DNA of 64,000 nucleotides. Source: Octopus sinensis. Its lineage: Eukaryota. Below the pieces are notes generated by a model. It worked only from the letters and a program-made list of their open reading frames with translations. It ran no database searches and had not been told where the DNA came from. The stretch spans positions 105,338,001-105,402,000 of the forward strand of contig NC_043003.1 in assembly GCF_006345805.1 (NCBI RefSeq), in the 5' to 3' direction. Numbering within the stretch: position 1 is the stretch's first letter; each line of letters starts with the position of its first letter. Of the stretch, positions 37,891 to 50,635 are shown piece after piece. Made by a program: the position numbers and the translations under genes.

Positions 37891-38627
37891 CACTTCCAGA
37901 TATTTTCAATTTATTAGTTAAACCAGAGGAGGTGTGGTTACAACCACGGTCTTTGCTGTTCTTCCTATATTTATGAGATTATTGCCATTGATGGCTTTAT
38001 TTAAATTTCTGTCAGTGACATGGGAATTTCAGAGGGTTCCATTCAGGTGAGGAAGGATTGGTTACTGTTTTAGTTAAATAGTGACACATAGAATGGAGGA
38101 TGAGATGAGGAGAGACAGGTGGGTCAGAGTAGAAGCTGTATGTTGTTTGCTAGTTTAGGTCTAATAAGATCTAATGTTGTAGTGTTGGAACTAGCAAATG
38201 GACATAACAGTATGTTTGTGCAATGGTCATGGATGGGATGTAGTGTAATGGAGAATGATTATGTTCTTGTTTGGTGGGGTGGGGGAGTAGAAATTTCTAC
38301 CAAGATCCACATAGCTGTTGTTTCACTGTAGATCAGCCCTGATTGAGCAGACTACATGTTACCCCACCACCCTTTTTTTTCTTATAGAAATGAAAAAAAG
38401 GGCTATATTCAGGAACTTTTGCAGAACCTCCAAGACAAACGGGAGAAAGGGAAAAATCATTATCATATTGGCGATCTGGCTTGAATGCTTACCAAAAACT
38501 GGAGTTCATTGACTGTATCAAGTTATGTGTTCTTCTCAGGTTGTTCAAAAGTTAGGAAGTTTTTGTGTGTAGACATTGACCACACTCATCATCATCATCG
38601 CCACCACCACCACCACCACCACCACTA

Positions 38628-39590
38628 TCATCATTTAACGTCCGTTTTCCATGCTGGCATGGGTTGGACAGTTCAACTGGGGCTGCCAAGCTGGAAGGCT
38701 GCACCAGACTCCAGTCTTATTTAGCATGGTTTTCTGTGGTTGGATGCCCTTCCTAATGCCAACAACTCCATGAGTCTAATGGGTGCATTTTACATTCCAT
38801 TGGCACAGGTGCCATTTTTGTGACACCAGTATCTGCCATGACTGTGGTTTTGGTCAGCTTGATGGGTCTTCTTCTCAAGCACAACATAATGCTAAAGGTG
38901 CCGGTCATTCATCAGTGCCCCTTTGAGGCTCAACACTCAAAAGGTGCTTTCATGTGCCACCGGCATCGACCACCTTACCTCTGTGAGGCTCAATGCTCAA
39001 AAGGTGCATTTTATGTGCCACCAGCACATGTGCCAGTTACCTGACACCAGCACATGTGCCATGAGTACTATTTCACATGGCTTGACCGGTCTTCCCAAAC
39101 ACAACATATCACCAAAGTTCTTGGTCACCAGTCATTGCCTCCAAAAGGCCCAGAGTTTAAAGATTATGATTCACTACCTCATTCCATGTCTTCCTTGGGT
39201 CTACCTCTATCATAGCTTCCCTCCATAGTTAGAAATCAGTCCTTCTTCATAAAGCTGTCCTCATCCATACACATCACATGACCATACAGTGCAGTCATCT
39301 CTCTTGCATACCACATCTGATGCTTCTTATGCTCAACTTTTCTCTCAAGATGGTTACACTCTATCTTACATGTACACTGACATTGCACATCCAGCAAAGC
39401 ATACCGGCTTCATTTCTTTCAAGCCTACGCATGTCCTTGGCTGACACAGCCCATGTTTCACTGCCATGTAGCATGGCTGTTCACACGCAGGCATCATACA
39501 GTTTGCCTTTAACTCTGAGGGAGAGGCCCTTTGTTGCCAGCAGAGGTAAGAGCTTACTAAACTTTGCCTAGCCTATTCTTATTCTCCACT
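38628..39590 (-). mobile_element. RTE LINE fragment (RT C-terminal region plus 3' UTR)
   Basis: Minus frame gives KLLPLLATKGLSLRVKGKLYDACV*TAMLHGSETWAVSAKDMRRLERNE. The 3' UTR resembles that of 13095-13872. Confidence 0.85.
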
Positions 39591-41428
39591 ACTGACTTGG
39601 TTACCGAGATAATGGAAGCTATCTACTACCTCTAGCTTACCCCACTGGCAGTTGATAGAGAAAAAAAGAGGTGGCAGACATCAACAACTGTTGATGTTCT
39701 GTTAAGGCCCACAGTAGAGATAGTAGATGAAAGAAATAACTGGTATGTGTTACTGGACACTACAAATAACGGTCTATTGCCTTTTATTGACTACTTCAGC
39801 ATGTCACTTGAAAGTGAAACGAAAGGGAGGGAAAACAATACACTGAAACAAGCAACATAGATTCCCCTCAATGGCTGAGCAGCTCTCTGGCCTGATGTAA
39901 AATTTGTCAGAAGAGTAAGTGAGAGACTACCAGAGAGGGGAAAAGCAGCATGATCTGTATAAACTTGGGATATCTCTGCCCAAAGCTGAATTCACTCAAG
40001 TTTTATTAATGTTGATTTAAAAATTCTAGAATTTTTGTCCAGACTGTTTGGTACAAAAACTTGCTTAGTTCTTTCAAAGATTGCTGCTACAACCATAATA
40101 GTCTGCCAGTGCTGATTGGTTGAGCCATATTTTCATAGGTGTTAATAGCTTTTATGGCAATACTGTTCCTTTTATGGAAATATATTAGCTTGTGGTTCTA
40201 GACTAGGAAAATTCAAGAGCTATGGTTGAAGAGGGTCTCACTATGGATTTATCTTGGAGAAAGTACTTTCTTGACTTAAGTAGGATCATGTCCAAACAAC
40301 CAGTCCTTCTCTTCAGAGCTAGGGGATACTTCAGCCCCTATCAATGACTATTGACATTCTGCTAAGCTCAGGTCAGGTCCACATTGGAGTGCTCTCCCCA
40401 CAGCTGTGATGGTAATCCTGCAACTGTTGCATGCACAAACATGCTTGACTGCACCCAGAAAAGTTCTGGGTGACTTGTACTCTGGATGCAAATACTCTTT
40501 GGCTTCTGGTCTAAAGGCGCACTGCCCCTCTACCTTTTCAACTGCTACAATAATGGCCTTTGTCCTTAAGAATTAAACAGATTCATTACACCCTCATTCA
40601 GGCATCCCCATTTACTTCTTCTTTCATCATCTGTATCATGTCCAACACCCCAATTCCCTACTAGTTCCGTTCTCCCTTCCTAGAATGTCGTCCCTCTGGA
40701 CCCCCCCCCCGCCTCCCACTGTTCATGTTGTTTCTACAAGAGTTGTCATACAGAGGTTCAAGAGGAATATTAATGATATCGATCTCACCAGTCCAGGAGT
40801 CACTGAGAAGCCTTGGGTATTGCACATTTCTCCAGTAATAAAAAGACTAATAGTGGCTGCTGTTGTTATTTAGGATCAGATCAACTTAATTGTGCAGACT
40901 TGTGATCAAAGACACTCCAGCCATAAATATCCAGTTGTTTTAGAACTATCTTGGACCATATTACCTTAAAGCATTCTTCCTTTATTACATTAATTATTGT
41001 TTTATTTGATGGTGGTTTAACTGCTCTTTTTAGCAGGGTATTCTGTTGTGTCTGGGGAGAGTCATTTTCTTTTTTGTGCCTTATAATATAACACACTCAC
41101 CGATAAAATTTCTACATTTTTCTTATTTAAAAAAATTTTTCTTATTTAAAAAAATTTTTCTTATTTTTTATATTTATAAAAATTTTACTGGTGAGTGTGT
41201 TATATTATAAGGCACAAAAAGAAAATGACTCTCCCCAGATACAACAGAACATGCTTCAACACACGAAGTCATATAAAGAATCTTTGCGCCCCAGCATGGC
41301 CACAGCTCGTGAGCTGAAACTAGATAAAATAAAAAAAAAAACAAATCCCAAAACGAAATTCCGCTATGAAATTAAAAACCAGTTTTTGTGAGCCTGTTTG
41401 GCCATCCGTAGTTCGATAGTTTTACTGA

Positions 41429-41497
41429 CATGCGCAGTGGGCCTATCCGGGTTTCGATGACGTCAGCCACGTGACTGCATTAATCAGTCTTTCAGTT
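41429..41497 (+). promoter_or_regulatory. ANT core promoter: NRF-1-like half site, CRE, E-box, Inr
   Basis: CATGCGCA at 41429-41436, perfect TGACGTCA at 41458-41465, CACGTG at 41468-41473 (GCCACGTGAC), then TCAGTC/TCAGTT. Locally CpG-rich in otherwise CpG-poor DNA. Confidence 0.7.
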
Positions 41498-41583
41498 GAG
41501 GTTGACACGAAAGCCAAGATCGGGGAAATCTAGCGGCTCGTCTTCACCTACGTCTACAATTCATTGCCGAATAAGAACTGAAC
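41486..41583 (+). other. ANT: Non-coding first exon of ANT (intron 41584-44446)
   Basis: Starts at Inr-like TCAGTC/TCAGTT (41484-41497), contains no ATG and ends at a consensus donor AAC|GTAAGT (41584). This pairs naturally with the acceptor directly before the ATG. Confidence 0.7.
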
Positions 41584-41869
41584 GTAAGTCAGCAACCCCT
41601 TTTTTTTTTTCTATCAACGCTTTTATTTTCACACAGCAAATATATATCTATTAGCATCGATCACTGAAGACGCATAGACTCTGACACACGGACAGATTTA
41701 TTAGAAAAAAAAAAAGAAAAAGAAAAAGAAGAAAAAGATGTAGGATTTTTCATTTCCAAGAAATTCTCAAATCTTTAATTTATGATTTCTACATAATTTT
41801 TCTTTTTTTCTAATTTTAATCCTTCAGAGATTAATTAACTGCACAGACACAAATCAGTAATTGTACTAG

Positions 41870-41907
41870 GATATATATACTCTCTCTTTATGTATATATA
41901 TAGAGAG

Positions 41908-41940
<33 letters not shown>

Positions 41941-41963
41941 TATATATATATGTACTCTCACTT

Positions 41964-42000
<37 letters not shown>

Positions 42001-42070
42001 TATATATATGTACTCTCTTTATATATGTATATAAAGACAGTATATATATGTACTCTCTCTTTATATATAT
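41870..42070. repeat. Compound (TA)n/(GA)n/(CT)n minisatellite in ANT intron 1
   Basis: About 3-4 units of tactctc..(ta)n..gagagag. Confidence 0.8.
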
Positions 42071-42399
42071 AAAATATGTATTAGAGATAAAACCACTATT
42101 ATGCTACTCAAACAGTGATAGTCATAAAACAATACCTAAGTAACATAATATATATATAATTATAATTTTTTTTAAATATATAACTTATAACTAGATCTCA
42201 AAAAGTATAAAATGAATGATAAATATATAATATAATAAGTAAAAACACTGCGTACGTTTCAATGCTGCAATTAAATTCGAATTACAATTAATTAATATAT
42301 ATATATATATCTTGGAACAAGGAATCGGTCTTCATTGTCTGAGCATTGTTAATGTGGGAGGCAGGGGTGGAATGGCAACGATGGAGGAATAATTGCAGC

Positions 42400-42433
<34 letters not shown>

Positions 42434-42862
42434 GTATATACGCTATATTTGTGGTTTTGATGTGTGAAATTGTAAAATGCAAAGAGTAGGTTAATAAAGG
42501 TTACAAGAGGCCTAACCTCATCTTTTGACGCCCATAACTAGGCCAGTGCCCTCTAATCACGCATTTATTGCATTTTATCTTGTAATATTTCTGCCCCATT
42601 ATCGGAGTAAATGGAATTGTTACATAATATTCTTAATCTTGACCTTTAATTCAACATGTTTTATATTTATTGATATATGTTTTTCATTCTGGGTGGGTTT
42701 TTAAGCGACGGCTGTAGATAATTATGTAATATGTTGCCGGTGAAAATATTTGTCCTTGAGAGAGAGAAATGTTAAATTTGTGGCATTGGTTGGAAGTCAA
42801 CTTGAATTATTTGTGTCGTGTCATGAATGGCTTATTTCTTTATTATTATTATTATTATTTTA

Positions 42863-43148
42863 TAGGCGATCTTTCGTCTCTAGTAGACCTTTCCGTCGAT
42901 TTCCGTAAAAAACTTCTTTTTTTTTTACGTATGGGCTTGCGGTCTCCCACACTCCATCAAACACACACACATGTACATCAATGCTTCCCATGCACGCTAA
43001 CTTCATAAGAACTTCCCTCGTCATACAATCGCTTTCTCTTAGTCTCTTTCGCTCTCATTACTTCAAAAGTTCCCGCAAGCCCATATGTAAAAAAAAATTT
43101 TTTTACGGAAATCGACGGAAAGGTCTACTCGAGACGAAAGATTGCCTA
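42863..43148. mobile_element. MITE with about 80-bp TIRs in ANT intron 1
   Basis: 42863-42942 is the reverse complement of 43073-43148 (TAGGCGATCTTTCGTCTC... / ...GAGACGAAAGATTGCCTA). Confidence 0.75.
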
Positions 43149-44446
43149 TTTCTTTAATATTATTATTATTTAATTATTTAATTATTTCTGGCTGAATAAA
43201 AGTTTGATGTTGAAAGTCACGGTGTTGGCCACGCGACTCCACTCTTCCTTGTTTAATGGAATCTGGTGAGAGAAGAGAGACAGGAAAATGTCGATCGGTC
43301 GCCGCCAAATTGTTGACCTCGTGGCTTGCTTCAGAACGAATAACACATAAATTCCACCATGGATATCCATCTGTCTTTTAATATGCGAATGCTTGTCTTT
43401 ATTATATAAAAATGGACATTTCTCTTATCAGTGGGAGACGGGTTCACGCGTACTTGTAGATATTTTTTAGTATGGAAGTATTTTAATTTCTAATTAAATT
43501 TCTTTTTCTTTCCTTTTGCTGCTATCCTGAATAAATCGTTTAACATTGTCAAAGTCTTAATAATTAATGTATGTCAGTGTTATACACTTAAGCTGTTTCG
43601 TTTAGTCTCGATGTTCTTTTTAACCTTTGTCAAAGTCACTATCTTCAACTAAAGTTGTATCATCGCCATTTCTTCTTCAAAAATCCAAAACCCTTCCCCG
43701 AATTTTTAAACTTCTATCATCGTCAATTTATTTATTACAAGTGAGTGACAATCCCATATTTCTTAAGGGAACTTGTTTCGTGTCTAATGTACAAAGCGAA
43801 GCAGATTTATGGCAAAATTCATTACCTGAATTTCGAAATTAGGTCACGCTTATTACACAAACTCAACATTAACTTTGTTCTCCCAAATGATACGATTTGG
43901 AAAGTTCATATTCCTATCTAGGTATTTCCACAAATAATGGATTTCATCTGCTTCAAAGTGACAGAAACGCTTTCTCACAAGTCGTCCTCCATTCACCCAA
44001 CACTTGAGTGCTTTCATATCTTCTCTAATTATCTTCGCATTCACTTGTAGGACCATCTCTTTATAACATAATTCTTAACGTTTAAAGTTTTTCTGAATCC
44101 TTAATGCTTTACAAATTTATATTCAGTTATCTGGGGTTTTTTTTTAAATAGTTTCTTCCTCCGATCGATCGTCAATAGCATTCACTTTCAGCATAAATTT
44201 TCTATTGATAAAATCTTACCTTGATGAATGTCATTTGACGAATTACCGACCGCTTAATAATTATTTGAAAGTCAAACATTTTTATCGACTATTGACAAAT
44301 TAAAATATATATTTATACATATTCCGAAATTCACAATTATATTTATTGGTATTGCATTTTTGTTTATTCGAATTATGATAGAAACGATATTTTTTTTTTT
44401 TTTTTAGTTCTACAAACTAATACTTTTTTTTTTCTTTAAATTTCAG

Positions 44447-45355
44447 ATGGCAAAACTTGGATTTGCTGAGAATTTCGCTCTTAGTGGAGCAGCTGCTATC
44501 ATATCCAAGACAGCCGCAGCTCCAATTGAACGAGTAAAGCTGCTGGTTCAAAATCAAGATGAAATGTTGAAGAGTGGTAGGCTGAAGGAGCCTTACAAGG
44601 GTGTGATTGACTGCACAATGAAGACCTTCAAGTCCGAGGGTGTCTTACCATTCTGGCGTGGCAACTTGGCTAACTGCATCAGATATTTCCCAACCCAGGC
44701 TCTCAACTTTGCTTTCAAAGATCAGATCAAAATCATGTTTAAATCTAGTAAGGCAGATAGTTACACTTTGAAGTTTACCAAGAATGTGGCATCAGGCGGT
44801 GTTGCTGGAGCTTTGTCCCTGTGCTTTGTCTATTCCCTCGATTATTGCCGAACCCGTTTAGCTAATGATGCCAAGAGCAGCAAAAAGGGTGGTGAGCGCC
44901 AGTTCAACGGTATGGTCGACGTCTACCGCAAAACAATAGCATCTGATGGTGTTGCCGGACTTTACAGAGGTTTTGTGATCTCTTGTGTTGGAATCGTTGT
45001 CTACAGAGGGTGCTATTTCGGTTTCTATGACACCTTGAAACCAATCGTCATTGGTGACGATGCCAGTCTCTTAATGTCCTTCGCACTTGGATATATTGTA
45101 ACCATCAGTGCTGGTCTTGTCTCTTATCCTATTGATACAATCAGGAGAAGAATGATGATGACATCCGGTGAAGCAGTCAAATATAGTGGATCCATTGACT
45201 GTACGATGAAGATCGTCAAATCAGAAGGATTTATGTCATTGATGAAGGGTGCTGGTGCTAACATCCTCAGAGGTGTTGCTGGAGCTGGTGTCTTGTCAGG
45301 GTTTGATAAATTCAAAGAACTGTATGTGGCTTTCCGTTTGGGCAGATCATCCTAA
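44447..45355 (+). CDS. ANT: Mitochondrial ADP/ATP translocase (SLC25 carrier), plant/fungal-type sequence, intronless CDS
   Basis: Intact 302-aa ORF. It has three carrier repeats (PIERVK, SLDYCR, PIDTIR), the motif [14 protein letters not shown] and the ANT-specific RRRMMM signature. The ATG follows a polypyrimidine tract and acceptor (tttcag|ATG) with a CTAAT branch point at 44417-44421. Confidence 0.97.
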   Translation: MAKLGFAENFALSGAAAIISKTAAAPIERVKLLVQNQDEMLKSGRLKEPYKGVIDCTMKTFKSEGVLPFWRGNLANCIRYFPTQALNFAFKDQIKIMFKSSKADSYTLKFTKNVASGGVAGALSLCFVYSLDYCRTRLANDAKSSKKGGERQFNGMVDVYRKTIASDGVAGLYRGFVISCVGIVVYRGCYFGFYDTLKPIVIGDDASLLMSFALGYIVTISAGLVSYPIDTIRRRMMMTSGEAVKYSGSIDCTMKIVKSEGFMSLMKGAGANILRGVAGAGVLSGFDKFKELYVAFRLGRSS

Positions 45356-45582
45356 TATAATCTGTTGGTTAGGAGGCAAAGTGAAATAAGAATTTGGTAG
45401 ATAAAATTTTTCAAAGTTTTAGACAGTAATGCTGTGACTTTCAAAAGAACCTGGTTTGACTGTATGGAAATTGACCAGCCTGGGGCTCAGTTGTTAAGAC
45501 CAAGTTATTGAGCACAAACTTCACCTATTACCTGTATTTTAAAGTACCTTTTGAAGATGGACCCGACTTGTCGCAGTTAATT

Positions 45583-45588
45583 AATAAA
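45583..45588 (+). terminator. Candidate proximal polyadenylation signal of ANT
   Basis: AATAAA about 230 nt after the stop codon, followed by T/GT-rich sequence. Another AATAAA lies at 46803-46808. Confidence 0.45.
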
Positions 45589-46297
45589 CAAAATTAACTC
45601 GTTACTCTTGTTCTAAAGTTGTGCTTTTTCTTTACTGTAATTTCCTGGTTCCACTGTTAAATTTTGTTAATGAGTTTTGGAATTTTTATTTTACTGTGCC
45701 CAATGCCTAGGTAAAATAAGGGAAAAAAAACAGCCTATAATTTAATTTTTTTTTCAACAGGATCACAGCATTCTTGGCTTATATCTTGTATTCTCTTATT
45801 TCCATGAATTTTTATTGTAAATGCAATAGCTCTTAGTTCTTGATTGGGTGTCCATTCTGTGGATATATTTAGCCTGTAAGTTTGTTACTCCACCTCTGTT
45901 TTCAGATAGGTTGATAAAAAAAAAATGTTTGGGAAGTTAGGCTTTTTGTTTTCATTAATTTTCTATTAATAGGGTGTGGTATTCCTAAGAAAATGAAAAG
46001 AATTTTGGTGGGAGATTGTAATACTTGGTGTCACCAAAATATTCTAGTGTTAATGTGATTGGAAAAGTTTATCACATATCATTGTTAACCTCATGTCCTG
46101 TCCGTATTTTTTTCCCTGGCTTGCAATTGTCAGGTCTTCAACTGATTTATTGACCCATTGCAAGAATGACCAAGGAGTTTAAAGACCTATTCAGTTTATC
46201 CAAGTTTAAATTGTCATGATTTAAATGTGCATGGAACAGCTTACACTAAAACGTAAAACAAAACTAACCTGGACATGCAGCTGAATGTAACTCTGAA

Positions 46298-46506
46298 CCC
46301 ATTCACATTTAAATCGGGCCATGTCTGGCCAAAATATTCCAGGTGTTTTATGTTAAAATGGTCAGATCAGGTCTCTCCCACTAACTGTACAATATCATCC
46401 TAAAAATTTACCTTATCAAAATCTCAAGGCTACAAGATAATCCATAATTAATTCAAAGCAATGTGAATAAAAAGCATTACTTTTGACAATAATCTGTGTT
46501 AAAGGG
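46298..46506. mobile_element. Second TTAA-type MITE family (related copy at 48135-48323)
   Basis: Shared core tctggccaaaatattc...caagct and end ...AAAGGG|TTAA. The 48135 copy is TTAA-flanked on both sides. Confidence 0.55.
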
Positions 46507-47774
46507 TTAACTAACCAGCATTATATTATAAATTTGCATCTTTATCTCGGTATTATTGCAAGGTGCTAATGATGAGTTAAACTTTGGTTCGAAGTTTCTC
46601 AAAACAGTAAAATTTAATATGTACGCTGTTTTTGGGTTTATAAATTTTATTGGGGCTAAATATTAGTAGGTTTTGTACCTTTATGTAATTTATTGATCTT
46701 TAGCATAATTTGGGCTGGTTAGCTTGACGTTCAGGTTGATTCTCTCACTTTTAACAATATTTCTTTGGGAGATGTCAACTATATATTTCACTTTATTCTA
46801 TGAATAAAATGAAAAGAGCAGACACTTATAGTAATTGGAATTATTCTGTATTAGGTCCTCTAAACCAGCACTTCTTAAACTATGGGTCAGGACCCCATTG
46901 GGGGTTGCAAAAATTAAATTCAAACACTTGAATTTCAGTTTATTTCACAAACACATTTAATACCTGGGGTCACAATGTTGAAATAATGACCTGTACCAGA
47001 AAAAAAACAAAGAAATATTTAACTCACTAAACTTTCGAAACTTAAAATTGAACAAAGAAGCACTTAAATATGATCAAGTCTTTATATCCATGACAACTGC
47101 ACTATTGTTTTATACAGTGTTTATTGCCATAAATATAGTGACTTTTGTGGAAATAAATGAAGAAATAAGTGATTGTGTTTTGTTATTTACCATCTACAAA
47201 TCCGATTTATAGTGGACATAGCTATCACTTTTATTTTGTGAAATAAGTGTTCTTGATTAATAGAAAATTTTTGCAAATCAGAAATTGTGTTTACATTTTC
47301 AAAGATTACCAATATTTGGTAGCTTAATTGGAAACTAGTATCAGTTAAGTTTGTTCAGATTAGCAAGGAATTATATTGATAACCTTTTAACACCTTGCTA
47401 ACAATTTGTGATACTTCAAATGCTATCATAGTTCCATAGGAAGGGAAACGAACGCTTGGGTGAATCTGAATGATTCCATGCTTTTGGACACATGAAAATA
47501 AACTTTATTTTTCTACATCAAACATACCTCTTTAATTTGAAAAAGACCAAATGCTAGTTTGAGCATTTATCAGGTGAATAAATCCTGTTTGTTTCCAGAT
47601 ATGAAACTGCATATCACATGCACTGACACGCTGCGATTAACACAGAATGACCTTTGACCTGTTAACTAAAAATCAGATTAACTTGAAGGTCAAGTCTTAA
47701 TATTAAAAGCTGAATATCTCCTCTACTGCTCTTGTGTGATCAGCAAGTTTGCTGCTATAAACCATTGAGGTCTA

Positions 47775-48090
47775 CTCTCTCTTTTGCTCTTTTACTTGTT
47801 TCAGTCATTTGACTGGCCATGCTGGAGCACCACCGTCAAGCAAATCGACCCCAGGACTTATTTTTTGTAAGACTAGTCCTTATTCTATCAGTCTCTTGCC
47901 AAACTGCTAAGTTACGGGGACATAAACACACACACACACACACACACACAAATATTCATATATATATATGATGGGCTTTCAATTTCTGTCTATCAAATCC
48001 ACTTACAAGGGTTTTTGTCGGCCCAAGGTGCCATGCAGTGGGACTGAACCCAGAACCATGTGGTTCGTAAGCAAGTTGCCACTCCTACAC
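47775..48090 (-). mobile_element. SINE family A
   Basis: Family consensus match. Confidence 0.85.
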
Positions 48091-48452
48091 CTAGGTCTGG
48101 ATTTTTTTTTTTTTTTTTTTTTCCCCAATTTTAACCTTTAAGCATTTAAACCAGCCATATCTGGCCAAAATATTCTTGATTTTCAAACTGGCCAGTTCTG
48201 GACTCACACCTTTTTCTAAAAGTAAACAATCACATTTGAAATCTTCAAGCTACCAGATGATGTGATTAATTCATAACAATCAATAAGCATTACATTTGAC
48301 TGCATAACCTGAATGCTGAGCTGTTAAAGTCTCTTCCCCTTGAATACCAGTGTTGGCCACTTGGTGCTTTGACGGTCATTTCCTGTTTATCTCTTTCAAG
48401 CAGTCATCACAGATTATCTGTCAACTATGGAGTTAATATTGGCACATCTTAC

Positions 48453-48614
48453 CAAACCCGCAGCAGCTTTGAAATGCACTTTACAAAAGTACAATGGAAG
48501 GGAAAACAGAAATCTTGAAATCAAAGACACGTACACCCATATGACCTACCTCTGTGCTTTAGATAATTCCAGATGCTGCAGAAACTCGACATGAATGAAA
48601 ATACTTGCGGATAC
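48453..48614 (-). CDS. Two candidate small exons (48614-48550 and 48478-48453) of the minus-strand gene
   Basis: AG acceptors and GAG|gtaggt / TTG|gtaaga donors around a 71-nt pyrimidine-rich intron. The frames join without stops to the 54-nt exon. Confidence 0.3.
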
Positions 48615-48626
48615 CTGTTAAATACA

Positions 48627-48842
48627 TATTTCTTTACTACCCACAAGAGGCTAAGGACAGACAAACGGATTAAGTTGATTACATCGACCCCAGTGCGCAA
48701 CTGGTACTTAATTTATCGACCCCGAATGGATGAAAGGCAAAGTCGACCTCGGCGGAATTTGAACTCAGAACGTAGCGGCAGACGAAGTACCGCTAAGTAT
48801 TTTGCCTGGTGTGCTAACGATTCTGCCAGCTCACCGCCTTCT
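48627..48842 (-). mobile_element. SINE family C
   Basis: Family match. Confidence 0.85.
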
Positions 48843-48945
48843 TAAGTACAGTTAAGTCCTACAGATGATGTGTTGAAGGGGAATATGTTAGTGATTCAAA
48901 GGACTAAATTTGGAGAGAAACATAATTGAATTCCAGTAACTTTTA

Positions 48946-49150
48946 CCCTTTCATTACTGTATTTATTTTGGGATGCTCTGTGTTTCTCTCAATTATTTTA
49001 GATATAACGAAGAATTTTGTAAAATAACTTAGCTATAATTTAGCTGGTGTTAGGAACAGTAATTATGACTAAAGTTTGGTGGAAGATTTTAATTCGCAAC
49101 TTATGAAAACAAGACATTTGTACTACAGAGCCGGGTTGGTATCAAAAGCG
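48946..49150 (+). mobile_element. piggyBac-type MITE (same family, diverged ends)
   Basis: Body matches the 55249-55471 copy and ends ...AAAAGCG|TTAA. Confidence 0.75.
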
Positions 49151-50105
49151 TTAAGTGATACCAAAAGTAGGGATTTGTAGGGATTTGAAAACTGAAGAGG
49201 GATGAATATGTTTGATAAGGCTTTAGACACCAACTTAGGTTTATGTCCTGCTAATCCATCTGTCACTCAAGTACTGGGTCAAAGTAATTACCTGCTTGTC
49301 TATGTAGAACAAGTTGGAACAAGTACACCTGGCTAGGGTACACAAGCACTTTCATATACATGATGGATTTTAAGTTTCTGCCTATGCAATTCACTCTGGG
49401 TTTTGGTTGACCCAAGGTGTAGTAGAAGACACACAAGGTGTCATGGAAGCATTTAATAGGATACAAAATCACTGGATATTCCAAATGTAGGTATGTTCTG
49501 AATTTGGAGCAACAAACGTGATTGTGTAGATGGTGAAAATGCATAGTTTCTCAAATTATGTGATTATGCTGTGTAGAGACTATGAGTTCAAATCTGCTCC
49601 TGGTATTTTATTATGCCTTGGGTCTTCATCCCTTCAGTCAATTATCAATTTCATCCCATGTTTGGGATGAAATTTTTTTTTTTTGGTACAGTTCATCTAA
49701 GATATTGTATAGCTTGTTTTTTAAGCCACTAGAGATTTAACTGCTATTTCTAGCAGGTCAAGCAGCTACATAGAGGGTCTCTTTATATGTCTTGTTCATT
49801 TTGTTGGTGGTTTATAGACACCAGATGATCTGAGAATGTTTCCTTCTATGAATTGATGTCCCTATCTCGTCTGCTTCATAATATGAAACCACAGCTAAGT
49901 ACCTTTCTAGGCCGTGCAACCTTTTTATTTTTTATCTATACACATATTGCATAGATTTAAATAACATACAAAGGTATATCGAATCATGCAATTAACATAG
50001 TTTGACGTGCTTTTCCATGTTAGCATCATAATCTCTTCCACCCACGGCAGGATACGTGCAAGAATTTCGAATTCAGCTTTAAAAACAAACACATCAATTA
50101 TTTAA

Positions 50106-50635
50106 CCCTTTCGTTACTGCATTTATTTTGAGATGCTCTGTGTTTCTTTCAATTAATTTAAAATATAACAAAGAATTTAGTAAAATAACTTAGTTATCAT
50201 TCAGCTAGTGTTAGGAACATAAATTGTGACTAAAGCTTGGTGGAAGATTTTAATTACTCTCTTACTCTTTACTCTTACTTGTTTCATTCATTTGACTGTG
50301 GCTATGGACTTATTCTTTGGAAGCCTAGTACTTATTCTATCGGTCTCTTGCCAAACTGCTAAGTTACAGGGATATAAACACACCACCATTGATTGTCAAG
50401 CAATGTTGCGGGGACAAACATATGACGGGCTTCTTTCAGTTTCCGTCTACCAAATCCACTCACAAAGCATTGGTCGGCCCGAGGCTATAGCAGAAGACAC
50501 TTGCCCAAGGTGCCATGTAGTGGGAATGAACCCAGTACCACGTGGTTGGTAAGCAAGCTACTTACCACACAGCCACTCCTATGAAAAGATGTTTGTACTA
50601 CAGAGGCAGTTTCAGCCGGGTTGGTAATGAAAGGG
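50106..50635 (+). mobile_element. piggyBac-type MITE carrying a nested SINE (50256-50580, minus strand)
   Basis: TTAA flanks and the same TIRs and body as the 55249 copy, interrupted by a family-A SINE. Confidence 0.85.

Noticed and set aside
41450-41466. CTGACG...GAAAC on the minus strand at the ANT promoter resembling a hammerhead
   Set aside because: The core is CUGACGU with no stems I or II. It is explained by the CRE motif.
43200-43740. Possible alternative ANT 5' exons (donors near 43265 and at 43741) and antisense ORFs at 43182-43370 and 43853-44056
   Set aside because: Splice-like motifs are present, but nothing else supports them without transcript data.
44447-45355. ANT as a processed pseudogene or plant/fungal contaminant
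   Set aside because: The ORF is intact, a spliced 5' exon and promoter are present, no poly(A)/TSD scar is visible, and the flanks are continuous with host-type repeats.
47540-47658. In-frame TGA after CQCM suggesting a selenoprotein; RYPQVFSF faintly like SelF
   Set aside because: The motif order and spacing do not match CxU/CxxU families, no SECIS element was seen, and the frame is uncertain.
48453-48478. CCG(F) suggesting a tetraspanin loop
   Set aside because: The spacing differs from Q-x-x-F-x-CCG, and no transmembrane exons were found.
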